A stretch of DNA of 64,000 nt from Candidatus Iainarchaeum sp. (GTDB lineage: Archaea > B1Sed10-29 > WALL01). Position numbers and translations under genes: made by a program. How positions within the stretch are numbered: position 1 is the stretch's first letter; every line of letters begins with the position of its first letter. Positions 1 to 9,372 of the stretch are shown one piece after another. The stretch is from the NCBI GenBank assembly GCA_023129115.1, contig JAGMCR010000011.1:43909-107908 (forward strand), given 5' to 3'. A model generated the notes under the pieces. The model was not told the DNA's origin. It saw nothing but the letters and a program-made list of their open reading frames with translations, and searched no databases.

Positions 1-3000
1 ATCCTTATGAGCTCGCACGCCTTGACTGCCATGTCGGTAACATCGCCTGTGTCCATGGCCTGCAGCTGCATATCTGCGCGAGTACTCGAGTCTACCACAA
101 TCCGGTTACCGACCTGGTCATAACAGCTCAAGTGGAACGGGTGCTGCATGTTCATGAGAACCACTGGCCACCTGGCGTATTCGTCTTCAGTCTCCGCGCG
201 GTAGTCGCATGTGGCGCCCATGTATGTGTCAAGGCCGCGGCTTACCTGGCTCAGCCCGCACTTGTAGAGCAGGTAGCTCTCCACGTCACCAAGAATGTTT
301 ACGTGGACCTCACAGTTCACTATGCTTGAGTAGTCGTCCTTGACACTGAACTTCATGGTCGGCGCCATGTCCCTCTTCTCCGGGTCATTCACGTCCCAGC
401 CGTCACGGCCCCACGCGTTCATCTCGAAGTCCGTGAGTATCTCTGGAGCTGTTTCGTCCCACGTCCACTCGAACGACTTGCTCGTCGCCATCTTTTTCTC
501 GCTCATGTCTGTGCACGTGATTTCCACGTCGTTCACCGCGTCCTGCTTGAGCTTGATTGGGCACGTCACGCGCAGGCTGCGGAGCGAGCCCGCGCTCACT
601 GCCTCGGCCTCGCACGTCTGTGTTGCTGCGGCGGCAGTTGGCCACCTGAATACGTTCTCCTCCTCGACCTTGCCGGTGTAGCTCTCGGTGTGCGCCACAA
701 CACTGTACGCGCACGCCGAGGCGGGGTCAAGCCCGTCCATATCAGTGACAGTGAAGCCAAGCTCAAACACGTCTGACTCAGCAGTTGGGGTCATGGTGAA
801 CCCGTCTCCCCATTCCTTGGTCCCGGACAGGGCCTGGGGCATGTCGAGGTTGTCGAACCAGAATATGCGGCTCAATGGGTCCTCGTCCTCGTTCGTGCCC
901 ATGATAAAGTCGTCCGGCACGCTGAACTCCGGCTTCTCGCTGCTGTACCTGAAGATGTCAATCGTGCCGAGCGTGGCCTCGTTGCCGACCGCGTCCCTGC
1001 ACCACAGCTCCACCTGCGTGACCGCGTCTTCCTCCTCCATGTACGGCGACCAGCACTGGACTTGTGCATTCTGGTAATGCTGGTCTGCCCACCTGCCTTC
1101 TGGCGGTATGTAGCAGCACCCGTCCATGTAGCCCATTATTCCGTCCTCTGCGTCGGTGCCCATCAGCGCGCCCGGCTTGCCGTCTTTAATCACGCTGTTC
1201 GCGTTGTCGTCTGTCTGGTCCTTCGTCGGGTCAAAGATTCCGTCGTAGTCATCGTCACAAATCTCGTAGTTCGGCATGTCAAGCACGTCGGCCCGCAGCT
1301 CGCAGTACACGACCTCCGAGAAGCGGTCCCTTATCCAGATGTACTCGCCCTCGGTCGGGGGCACCATGGTTGCCGTGTCGTGGGTGGTCACGAGCCTCGG
1401 CAATGGCCTGATGAGCGTCATCGCGGAGTCGTCCAGCATAATGCTGTCAGTCACCTTGTGCGACGGCACGCCGTTCTCGTCCACGCAGTACGCGTTCACG
1501 TACTTCATGCCGCTCCCGCTCGGGAGCTCCCACGGAATTGCCAGCACATACGTGTCATCGCCCATGTCGATTAGCATGTCGGTCGTCACTTCCTCCAGTG
1601 GCGCGCCGCTCGCGTCTAGGTTGGACACGATACAGAACGACGGCTCGCCTGTGACCGTGAGCTCGACGTTCACGTCCGTCGTGCCGACAAGCTCGTGGTT
1701 GGCGGTCCCCTCTGGGTCGAAGCCGTAAAGCTTGAACTCGTCCGGAGACTCCTCAATAATTGTTGGGCCCTGCAGGTCAAGCAGTATGTCCGCGAGCGGG
1801 TAGAACGCCGGGTCCATCGCGCTCTGGAACGTTCCGGTGTCCCACTCCCAGCCGCTTGACTCGCCGGTGATGAGGTAATTCAGCAGGGCCTTTGCGTAAA
1901 CAGCGCGGTACGCGGGAATCTGGGTGTAGGCGCCGCCCGCGCCGACAATCCTGTTCTCGTCGTACACCATGCCTGCGAGCACGTCCTTCTGCTCTGTGAC
2001 GTGGAAGTAGCCGATTATCGGGTGCTCGCTGCTCAGCCTCTTCACAGCGTAGCTCGGGCACTTCCCTGTCTCCTTGCGCTCGCACTCCTGATAGTTGAAG
2101 AACGACGCCGCCTGCGAGCCGCTCCGCTCCTCAATGTCGTCCGGCTCGTAGCCGAACAGCAGTGCGGCGTCAATGTCGTTGCCCTGCTCCTTGGACTTCT
2201 GGATTGCCTCGAGGAACAGCCGTGCCTCGCCCGCGAACGACATGAAGTAGCCGAAGTCGGGCCGCAGTAGCTTGTCGAAGTTCATGAGCCCGATGACGTA
2301 GTGCGGGTGGTTCTTCTGGCACCACGTCGCGCCCGTTGTTATCACGTCGAACGAGACGTTCACGTCCTCGTCAAGGTTTATCTTGGTAAAGTTGACCAGG
2401 AGTATGCCGCACGAGGGGGTGTTCGTGAGCACTATGTCGCTCGTCGAGGACTGTAGGGCGGCAGCGGACTTGGCGTATATGTTCGCGACCTTGTCAATGC
2501 CCTCCTTGTTTTCCTTCACTGCCTCGTCCATGATTGCGGCAGAGAACTCGTCGTTGCCGAACGCGTAGTACTTGTAGTCATTGATTGACCCTGGCCTCTG
2601 CAGCAGCGAGTCCGCGGCCTTGGCGATTGCCACGCTGAGCTGCTCCGAGTCGCAGATGAACGCGTACCCGCCGTCCGCGGCGGCGGAGCAGGAGTCCATC
2701 GTAATCCTTTCCGGCGTCAATGTCTCGCGCGACACGAAGTTCGTGACCAGCGGCCGGGTTGGCGCCTCCACTCCCGTAACCTCACACGTCAGCTCGAGCG
2801 TGTAGTGCGCCGGCCTCGGCAGCTTGTCCACCTCGATTTCGAGTATGGTCGGCTCGATGTCGAGGCGGCACTTCGCCGTCCTGGCGGTCGCCGCAATGAT
2901 TATTTCGGCCCAGCCCTCTGCGGGAATGGCGATTGCCTTGTTCAGGTCAGCGCCGCTAAGCGTCTCGAGCAGCACGCTCGGGCTGCCGCCCGTGTGCGTC

Positions 3001-6000
3001 TTGACCGTCATCACTATGTCCCAGCCCTCGCGCTCGAGGTCGCTCAGCTCGAACGACACCGCTTCCTTCCAGCTGCTGAAAATCTTGATGGTCGTGGGCT
3101 TTGTCTCGCCGAGCTTGAACGTGTTCCGCAGCACCACCGGGTAGTCGGGGTCGAACACGAGGCCGGAGACCTCGGACTCGTACTCAAGCCCCCCGAACAA
3201 GGGGCTGTCCGCGATTACCTTCACGCCGTCTTCCGACTGGAGCGGCTTGTCCGCGGGCACCTCGAACTCGAAGTACGGCTCTGCCTGGAGCACGAGAGTC
3301 GCCTTGCCGCGGTTCCTGCCTGCGTGGACGTCCGCCTGGTTGTCGATAAGGGTGTCAGCGCCCATCGCCGTCTGGACAGTGCCCTCTCTCCTGATTATCT
3401 TGATTTGCAGCTCGTCAGTCGCCTCGCTTATCGTGGTCTCCACAGCGCCAAGGCTGAACGGCGTGACCTGCATCGAGTAGTCCACCGGGCCATAGGCCAC
3501 CATAGCCCACGGCGCTGTCGGCTGCGCAGTGCCCGACTCCCAAATGTAAACGCTTATTGTGTTCTGGGCAAGCGAGGAGCCGTACCCCGAAATCACCATT
3601 GTCTCCGGCGCCGCCACCGTGGCCTCGTAGTAATTTGCGCTTGTCTCGTCGAACTTGATTGTCGAGTCAGCCGCCTCGAAGAGCACGCTCGCGGTCGCGT
3701 TGCCCTCGAGCTCGAGCGTGAGCTTGAACTTCTTGTTGTTGGTCGGGAGCGTCATGCCCTCGGGGTACTCGAAGTAGCACGAGCTGCTGTCGCCGAGGCC
3801 GTTGTCGTATCCTGGCACGCAGAAGCTGCTCGCCGCAGTGAGCGTCGCGGTCACGCCGACAATCGGGGTCGACCCGGTCCGGGCCTTGCGCGTGACCTCG
3901 TACGGCATGGAATTGTCGTAGTCGCTGAACACGGTGAGCGTTCCCTTGCCGCGCGCGGTTCCGCGCAGCGCGACAGTGAGCTCGAGCTCGTCGTCCTTCC
4001 CGAGCCTGTACGCCTCCTCGGAATTGCTTATCGTGAAGTCCGCGCCCGAGAGCGGGAACTCCGCGACGTTCACAGTACTGCCGGACGCGCGCGTTATCTT
4101 GCCGGAGTACGACAGCGCCTCGACCTTGTCGGGGATGTTCTTGACGTCAACGCTCCACGCAGTGATTGCTGAGCGTGCCTTGCCGTTCACGTGCAGGTAG
4201 AACTTCGAGCCCTCTGGCACCAGGGGCTCGCTAATCGCGTCCTTGCCGAGCTGCTTCGTGAAGTACGCGGAGTACGAGTAGAAGTTCCCTGTCTCGAGCT
4301 CGTTGTCCACGTCTGCCTCGCCAGTGAGCTTCACGCTGGTCTCGCTCCAGAGGCCCTCGTTGCTCGTGATTTCCTCGCCGCCGGCCTCCCACGTCGCGCG
4401 GTAGCTGATTTTCACGTCGCCGCTCGCCGCGAGCTCGCGCGCATAGACCGGGATGTCGACAGTGTAAATCGTCGGGCGCGTGTACTTGTCGATTGTGACC
4501 TTGATGTACTTGGAAGTGCCGTCGTCGCTTGTCTTCGGCTTGGACTGGTACTCGTAGTCGTCCGCCTTGGTAATGGAGCCCACGAACGGCTCCTGCGACG
4601 CGATGTCGCTCAAGTGAATCGGCTGGATGACCAGTGGCGTCTTGCGGATGTCCTGCACACCGCCCGGCTCGCCGACGAACATTTCGATGCTCGCCGAGTC
4701 ATAGGGCTGGTTCGGCCGGTACTCGGGCAGGCTAAGCCGGAGAGTAACCGTTGCTTCCTCGCCCTTCGCGATTTCACGGGGGGCGTCCACCGAAACTTCT
4801 TCTGCGACGCGCGTGAGCCTGATGGTGGTCTTCCTGTTCTGGCTCATCCTCATCGGCGACGTCTTGAGCGGCCCGTACTTGGTGCCGGTCTGGTCGTCGA
4901 TGTATTCCGCGACGAGGAAGTAGCGCGTGCCCTGGTCCATCACGAACTCGACCTTTCGCGTCGAGCCGCTTTCCTTGGTCTCGACGGGCTCGCTGTAGTC
5001 CGCGTTCCACAGCGTTACCTCGACGTCCTTCTTGCGCACCGGCGTCCCGATTATCTGGACTTCGGTCAATACCGTGAGCGTCAGTTGGTTCGGCTTCACG
5101 CTCAGCGTCTGCACAGTCGTGTTCTGCGCAGTGACCGCAAACGCGGGGAACGACTGCGCGGTGATTGCCCCCGGCGGAGTCGCCGAGAGGTGGTAAGCGC
5201 CTTCCTTGATTCTGCTGAACACGCACCTGCCGTCGACCGGAGAAATGCACGTCATCCAGAGCGTGTTGTTTCCCTCGGAGTACAGCTGCACGCGCACCCC
5301 CGAGAACTCTTCCTGCAGCCCGGTCGAGCTGACCACGTCCACCACAACCATGCCTGTCTTGGTCTCGTCGATGGGCGCCATGAACACGCTGTGGTCCACG
5401 CCGCCCGCGATGTCCGCATACGTCGCGGAGTAGTGGGGATGGCTCACGTCAACGCGGTACTGCATTCCCTTGAGCAGGGTGATTGCGTAGATGCCGTCGC
5501 TGCCAGTGGTGCCCTGGGAAATCACCCGCGACTCGGACGACACAGTTACCGTGGCGCCGGCGATGGCCGTTTGCCGCGCCTCTTCCTTGACGTAAATCAG
5601 TGTCTCGTAGCCAGTGGCAAGGTTAAGTATAATCGCATTTTGCGACTGGGTGAGCGTTGCTTGGTAGGCGGACGCACTGGTGTACGGCTGGTACGCGCCG
5701 TTGGGGTCGTCCAGCTGCAGGTGGAACTCCTGCTGGTCCGGGAACACAAGCCTCGCGGTGCCGGTGGCGTCTGTCGCGCCCTCGAGCTCGACGCCGTCGA
5801 GCAGGACGAACAGGTCCATGCCGAGCGCGTCAACTGCCTTCACAGAGATGCCCTCGAGCGGCGTCCCGGCGGTGTTCTGGACTTTTACGTAGATGTCGCG
5901 CGTTATCTCGACCGGGGGCAGCTCATCGGGCGTTTCGGGCTGGACGTCTTCCTTGACTGCAAGTGTCAAATAGCCGAACAATTCAAGCTCGGTGTACATG

Positions 6001-6704
6001 CCTGCGACCGTGCCGTCCCACTTGTGGTACTGGCAGTCGATTAGCACGCGGTGGTCGTCGTCCGGGCAGGTGCCGCCCTCGGAGATGTCGAGCAGGCCGT
6101 CCGAACCCACTTCGAACGGGTGGTCGAGTGCCTCGCCGAGCACGTTGTAGACGCGCATTGTGCAGGCGGACGGCAAGTTGTTCTGCTCGTCGGCGAGCTG
6201 GCTGACGAGCTTTTCCTCGCTGAGCAAAGAGCAGCCCGCGAACTCGGGCGAGACGCATTCCATTTCTATTTCAAGGGAGTCCATCTCTTCGGTGTCGATG
6301 AGCTCTATCGCGCTGCCGCATAACTCGCTCTCGACGACTGCCTGGTAGCGCTGGGACGGGTCCAGGTCAAAGTATACCTCTCCCTTGGAGTTGGTGGTGG
6401 CCTCGTACAGGGCTTCCGCATCGACTTCGAGCGTGACGAGCGCTCCCTTGACCGGGTTGCCGTCAGTGTCGACGACAGTGATTGTGAACTCGCCCGGAGC
6501 CATCCCGGGCACGCCAGCGGTCATCGTGTACGCGATGAGCGCGATAACGACAATCAGCACTCCGCCCACAAGCGGGAGGGACGGTATGCCGGCGTTCTCA
6601 ATCGGGTCGATTAGTTTGTATACGGGAAGTCCCTTCTCGTCAAGCGAGTCGAGAAGGCCGTACCATTTTTCCTCTAGTTGGGAATAGATAGCACCGAAAT
6701 CCAT
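1..6704 (-). CDS. Giant membrane-anchored surface protein (>2230 aa, truncated by window edge) with carboxypeptidase-regulatory/Ig-like repeats
   Basis: ATG at 6704 gives MDFGAIYSQLEEKWYGLLDSLDEKGLPVYKLIDPIENAGIPSLPLVGGVLIVIALIAYT (TM), then FTITVVDTDGNPVKGALVTL and IAGATVTV...GTTGSDG repeats. The same frame is still open at positions 3-38. It is absent from the ORF track, consistent with having no stop inside the window. Confidence 0.85.
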   Translation of the reverse strand, partial: MDFGAIYSQLEEKWYGLLDSLDEKGLPVYKLIDPIENAGIPSLPLVGGVLIVVIALIAYTMTAGVPGMAPGEFTITVVDTDGNPVKGALVTLEVDAEALYEATTNSKGEVYFDLDPSQRYQAVVESELCGSAIELIDTEEMDSLEIEMECVSPEFAGCSLLSEEKLVSQLADEQNNLPSACTMRVYNVLGEALDHPFEVGSDGLLDISEGGTCPDDDHRVLIDCQYHKWDGTVAGMYTELELFGYLTLAVKEDVQPETPDELPPVEITRDIYVKVQNTAGTPLEGISVKAVDALGMDLFVLLDGVELEGATDATGTARLVFPDQQEFHLQLDDPNGAYQPYTSASAYQATLTQSQNAIILNLATGYETLIYVKEEARQTAIAGATVTVSSESRVISQGTTGSDGIYAITLLKGMQYRVDVSHPHYSATYADIAGGVDHSVFMAPIDETKTGMVVVDVVSSTGLQEEFSGVRVQLYSEGNNTLWMTCISPVDGRCVFSRIKEGAYHLSATPPGAITAQSFPAFAVTAQNTTVQTLSVKPNQLTLTVLTEVQIIGTPVRKKDVEVTLWNADYSEPVETKESGSTRKVEFVMDQGTRYFLVAEYIDDQTGTKYGPLKTSPMRMSQNRKTTIRLTRVAEEVSVDAPREIAKGEEATVTLRLSLPEYRPNQPYDSASIEMFVGEPGGVQDIRKTPLVIQPIHLSDIASQEPFVGSITKADDYEYQSKPKTSDDGTSKYIKVTIDKYTRPTIYTVDIPVYARELAASGDVKISYRATWEAGGEEITSNEGLWSETSVKLTGEADVDNELETGNFYSYSAYFTKQLGKDAISEPLVPEGSKFYLHVNGKARSAITAWSVDVKNIPDKVEALSYSGKITRASGSTVNVAEFPLSGADFTISNSEEAYRLGKDDELELTVALRGTARGKGTLTVFSDYDNSMPYEVTRKARTGSTPIVGVTATLTAASSFCVPGYDNGLGDSSSCYFEYPEGMTLPTNNKKFKLTLELEGNATASVLFEAADSTIKFDETSANYYEATVAAPETMVISGYGSSLAQNTISVYIWESGTAQPTAPWAMVAYGPVDYSMQVTPFSLGAVETTISEATDELQIKIIRREGTVQTAMGADTLIDNQADVHAGRNRGKATLVLQAEPYFEFEVPADKPLQSEDGVKVIADSPLFGGLEYESEVSGLVFDPDYPVVLRNTFKLGETKPTTIKIFSSWKEAVSFELSDLEREGWDIVMTVKTHTGGSPSVLLETLSGADLNKAIAIPAEGWAEIIIAATARTAKCRLDIEPTILEIEVDKLPRPAHYTLELTCEVTGVEAPTRPLVTNFVSRETLTPERITMDSCSAAADGGYAFICDSEQLSVAIAKAADSLLQRPGSINDYKYYAFGNDEFSAAIMDEAVKENKEGIDKVANIYAKSAAALQSSTSDIVLTNTPSCGILLVNFTKINLDEDVNVSFDVITTGATWCQKNHPHYVIGLMNFDKLLRPDFGYFMSFAGEARLFLEAIQKSKEQGNDIDAALLFGYEPDDIEERSGSQAASFFNYQECERKETGKCPSYAVKRLSSEHPIIGYFHVTEQKDVLAGMVYDENRIVGAGGAYTQIPAYRAVYAKALLNYLITGESSGWEWDTGTFQSAMDPAFYPLADILLDLQGPTIIEESPDEFKLYGFDPEGTANHELVGTTDVNVELTVTGEPSFCIVSNLDASGAPLEEVTTDMLIDMGDDTYVLAIPWELPSGSGMKYVNAYCVDENGVPSHKVTDSIMLDDSAMTLIRPLPRLVTTHDTATMVPPTEGEYIWIRDRFSEVVYCELRADVLDMPNYEICDDDYDGIFDPTKDQTDDNANSVIKDGKPGALMGTDAEDGIMGYMDGCCYIPPEGRWADQHYQNAQVQCWSPYMEEEDAVTQVELWCRDAVGNEATLGTIDIFRYSSEKPEFSVPDDFIMGTNEDEDPLSRIFWFDNLDMPQALSGTKEWGDGFTMTPTAESDVFELGFTVTDMDGLDPASACAYSVVAHTESYTGKVEEENVFRWPTAAAATQTCEAEAVSAGSLRSLRVTCPIKLKQDAVNDVEITCTDMSEKKMATSKSFEWTWDETAPEILTDFEMNAWGRDGWDVNDPEKRDMAPTMKFSVKDDYSSIVNCEVHVNILGDVESYLLYKCGLSQVSRGLDTYMGATCDYRAETEDEYARWPVVLMNMQHPFHLSCYDQVGNRIVVDSSTRADMQLQAMDTGDVTDMAVKACELIR

Positions 6705-6748
6705 TGGTATCCCTCGCATAAGTTATCTACTTTGAGTATATATAAGTT

Positions 6749-8830
6749 TCATGCCTCTTCGGCCGTTACCCAGCCACATTCCCGCGTCACGGCGTCGTCC
6801 ACCGTATTATAGGAATAAGTGCATTTCCTCACGTTGTTGACGTCCCGCTCCCACGACCGCTTGATTGCGTCCCCTGACACGGTGTCGTCGTAGCGCGGGT
6901 ATTCCTTCCAAAGCGTGTAATTGTGCCCCCCGCCCCCTATCTCCCCGTAGTCGTCCTTGACGCGCGTGTACTTCGCGGCGAACACAGGCCTCTCAGGCTC
7001 TTGCTTGCCGGGGGTGCTGCGGTAGAGGCGGTAAATCTCTTCCACGCGGTAGAGCGTCTTCGAGTCGCACGTCCACTCAATTGGCTCTGAAATGAACCAC
7101 GGGCAGTCACTCTCCTCGTCGCCGCAGACAGTGGTGCAGTCGCCTGGGGTGCACCGCGTGTCGCCGGGCGACTCCTTGGTATAAATATTCCTCGCCGCCT
7201 CGCACGCGTTCTCCGCGTTGACGGCCGCTATGTCGTCTGCCGAGAGCGGCGGCCTGACCTGGTAGAGCGTGACGAACTCTCCGCAGTGCCAGTTGTCCCT
7301 GCCCTGGAACCCGTTGCCCTCGAGGTAGTACTGCTTCGAGTCGATGACAAGCTCGTAGTTCAGGTGCTCCTTGGCCACGCCCAGCCCAACCGCGACCTCG
7401 CTCTTGATGCTGTCGCGCATTTCCTTGACCTTGGCGGCCATTCCCCAGTCCTCGCCCGTCATGAAGCGCTTGTCGTACGCTTCAGTCGTGTCGACCAGCG
7501 TTGTCCCGGCAGTGTGGTGCTCTTTCAGGGCAAAGGTGTCGTCGTTCCCAAGGCACGTGTCCACGCCGTCGGCGTCGTTCTGCCCGCCAGTGTGCGCTAT
7601 GCTCCCGCCGGGATAAACAGTAAGCTTCTGGCCCTCGCTGTCCCCGAGTGGCATTCCATTGAGCTTGAGCTTTGGCAGTCCCGCGCCAGTCGTGAACGAG
7701 GCATAGCCGGAGACGAATTCCGTGAGCGGCTTCCAGTCCGGCTTGCCAGTAAAATACTTGTCGAACCGGAGGTTCTGTGTTGTGGGGAACGGCTGGACAA
7801 CCGGCCTGGCCTTTTTGCCTATGGCCCACGCCATGTAGTCCGAGAGCGTCCCGCCTGCCTCGAAGTAGTCTTCTGCCACGGCGTTGTCCACCTCGAACCC
7901 TGGCGCCCACCCGCTCCCCGCCGTGTTCTGCCCGACAGAGCCATAGTACCTTTCATGGATTGCGTAGTTGTAGTGGTACCACTCGCTGCCGTTGGTGCCC
8001 TCGTAGTCAGGGTCGTGGCTGTCGCCGCCGCCGGCGTTGTGCCACGACTCGTTCAATAGCTGGAAATTGTTGAACAAGTCAGACGTCAGTACCGCGTACT
8101 TCATGAACGGCTCGTGCGTCGTGTACACCCTTTCTTCGGCGGGCATGAAGACCTCGAGCCGCTTGCCCTCGCTCGCGATTTCTGCGATTGGCTCTTCTGC
8201 GAGGGGGGTGAAGTCAATCGTGACCTCGATTCTGCCGTCCTTGCAGTCGTCCCACATGCAGTCCTTGAACTTGATGTCCTTGACTATGCCGCCGAACTCG
8301 ACTGGCTTCGCAGTCACGTTCACGAGCGAGTACTTGCTGACAATTCCCTGAATCGTGTGCTGGATGCTGGACTCGAGAAGTGCCTTGGCAGTCAGCTCGT
8401 TGGCCGCGGTGAGGTTTACCTGGTGGAACGTGTTCGCCCAGCACGTCTGCTCGCCACTGGTGCAGTACTCCACGCCCGACGCAGTGACGCCGCACACGCA
8501 GTCGCCTTCGCCGCACTCGGGGTCGGGGAAGTTGAGGTCAGCGGCAAGCTCGCCGCTAGGGCAGTCGTTCACCACAATCGACATCACTGGCTCGCCACGG
8601 ATTGAGTAGTCCTCGAGCCGCGACGTGATTGACGAGCGCACTTCCTCAATCACGCGGCTCTGCGCCTCGCCCGCGATGTTCACGAGCTCGCTCGAGCGGT
8701 ACGCCTTCACGCTGCCCTGCACGGCAATCCTCTCGCTCGTGATTATGGACGTGACTATGAGCATAGTAATCAAAATAACAAGAGTCCCGACCATGGGCGT
8801 GAAGACAGCGAAGCCCCGCTTCTTCTTCAT
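6749..8830 (-). CDS. Large Cys-rich pilin-like protein with class III signal peptide
   Basis: N-terminus MKKKRG|FAVFTPMVGTLVILITMLIV, followed by a 693 aa Cys-rich extracellular body. Confidence 0.7.
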   Translation of the reverse strand: MKKKRGFAVFTPMVGTLVILITMLIVTSIITSERIAVQGSVKAYRSSELVNIAGEAQSRVIEEVRSSITSRLEDYSIRGEPVMSIVVNDCPSGELAADLNFPDPECGEGDCVCGVTASGVEYCTSGEQTCWANTFHQVNLTAANELTAKALLESSIQHTIQGIVSKYSLVNVTAKPVEFGGIVKDIKFKDCMWDDCKDGRIEVTIDFTPLAEEPIAEIASEGKRLEVFMPAEERVYTTHEPFMKYAVLTSDLFNNFQLLNESWHNAGGGDSHDPDYEGTNGSEWYHYNYAIHERYYGSVGQNTAGSGWAPGFEVDNAVAEDYFEAGGTLSDYMAWAIGKKARPVVQPFPTTQNLRFDKYFTGKPDWKPLTEFVSGYASFTTGAGLPKLKLNGMPLGDSEGQKLTVYPGGSIAHTGGQNDADGVDTCLGNDDTFALKEHHTAGTTLVDTTEAYDKRFMTGEDWGMAAKVKEMRDSIKSEVAVGLGVAKEHLNYELVIDSKQYYLEGNGFQGRDNWHCGEFVTLYQVRPPLSADDIAAVNAENACEAARNIYTKESPGDTRCTPGDCTTVCGDEESDCPWFISEPIEWTCDSKTLYRVEEIYRLYRSTPGKQEPERPVFAAKYTRVKDDYGEIGGGGHNYTLWKEYPRYDDTVSGDAIKRSWERDVNNVRKCTYSYNTVDDAVTRECGWVTAEEA

Positions 8831-9337
8831 TCACTTCTCCGTTAAGAGCCGGCCCAATTTAAGCTTTTCCCGCAGGACGTCCCGCAAATACCACGCCGCG
8901 TAAAACCCGACAATCGCCACCACCAGTGTCGCGCGGAACAAAACAGAATGCACAATCTCCACTGCCCCCGCGCCCCACGCCTGCCACGCAAGCATCGTCG
9001 CCGCAATCCTCAAGGCGTTAATCATCATCACAAAAGCAAACGCCCCCGCAATCCCGAACACCCGCTCCCTCTTCGCGCGGTCCTCTGTCGAAAAAATCGC
9101 TCCCGCCAGCACAGCAACCTCAATGTCGCCCACGCACAGCGGAATCACGCGCACCGAAAGCGAGTTGAAGAACACGAGCGCGCCCTGCGAGTAAGCCACC
9201 CCGAACACCGAGAGCAGTGCCGCCGACATCCACGCGGTCAGCCCCTGCAGCGCCGGCATCACGCCAGAAAGCGCGAGATAGGCAAGGCTGCCGAATACCA
9301 CAATCCCAACAGCAAATCTCAGGCCTTTCCCCGGCAT
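8831..9337 (-). CDS. Archaeosortase/exosortase family membrane transpeptidase
   Basis: Hydrophobic 168 aa protein with VIPLCVG (Cys), INALRI (Arg) and IVHSVLF (His) in the order seen in exosortase/archaeosortase families. Confidence 0.75.
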   Translation of the reverse strand: MPGKGLRFAVGIVVFGSLAYLALSGVMPALQGLTAWMSAALLSVFGVAYSQGALVFFNSLSVRVIPLCVGDIEVAVLAGAIFSTEDRAKRERVFGIAGAFAFVMMINALRIAATMLAWQAWGAGAVEIVHSVLFRATLVVAIVGFYAAWYLRDVLREKLKLGRLLTEK

Positions 9338-9372
9338 TACTCTTATATACTCCCCCCACGTTTTTAAGGAAG
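9338..9372. promoter_or_regulatory. Compact overlapping divergent promoters
   Basis: 35-nt gap between divergent ATGs. TTATATA (9343-9349) lies ~24 nt before ATG 9373, and TTAAAAA on the minus strand (9361-9367) lies ~24 nt before ATG 9337. Both fit leaderless archaeal promoters. Confidence 0.55.

Noticed and set aside
2805-6044. Long + strand ORFs of 455 and 617 aa
   Set aside because: Arg/Val/Leu-rich antisense shadows of the giant minus-strand gene; no motifs.
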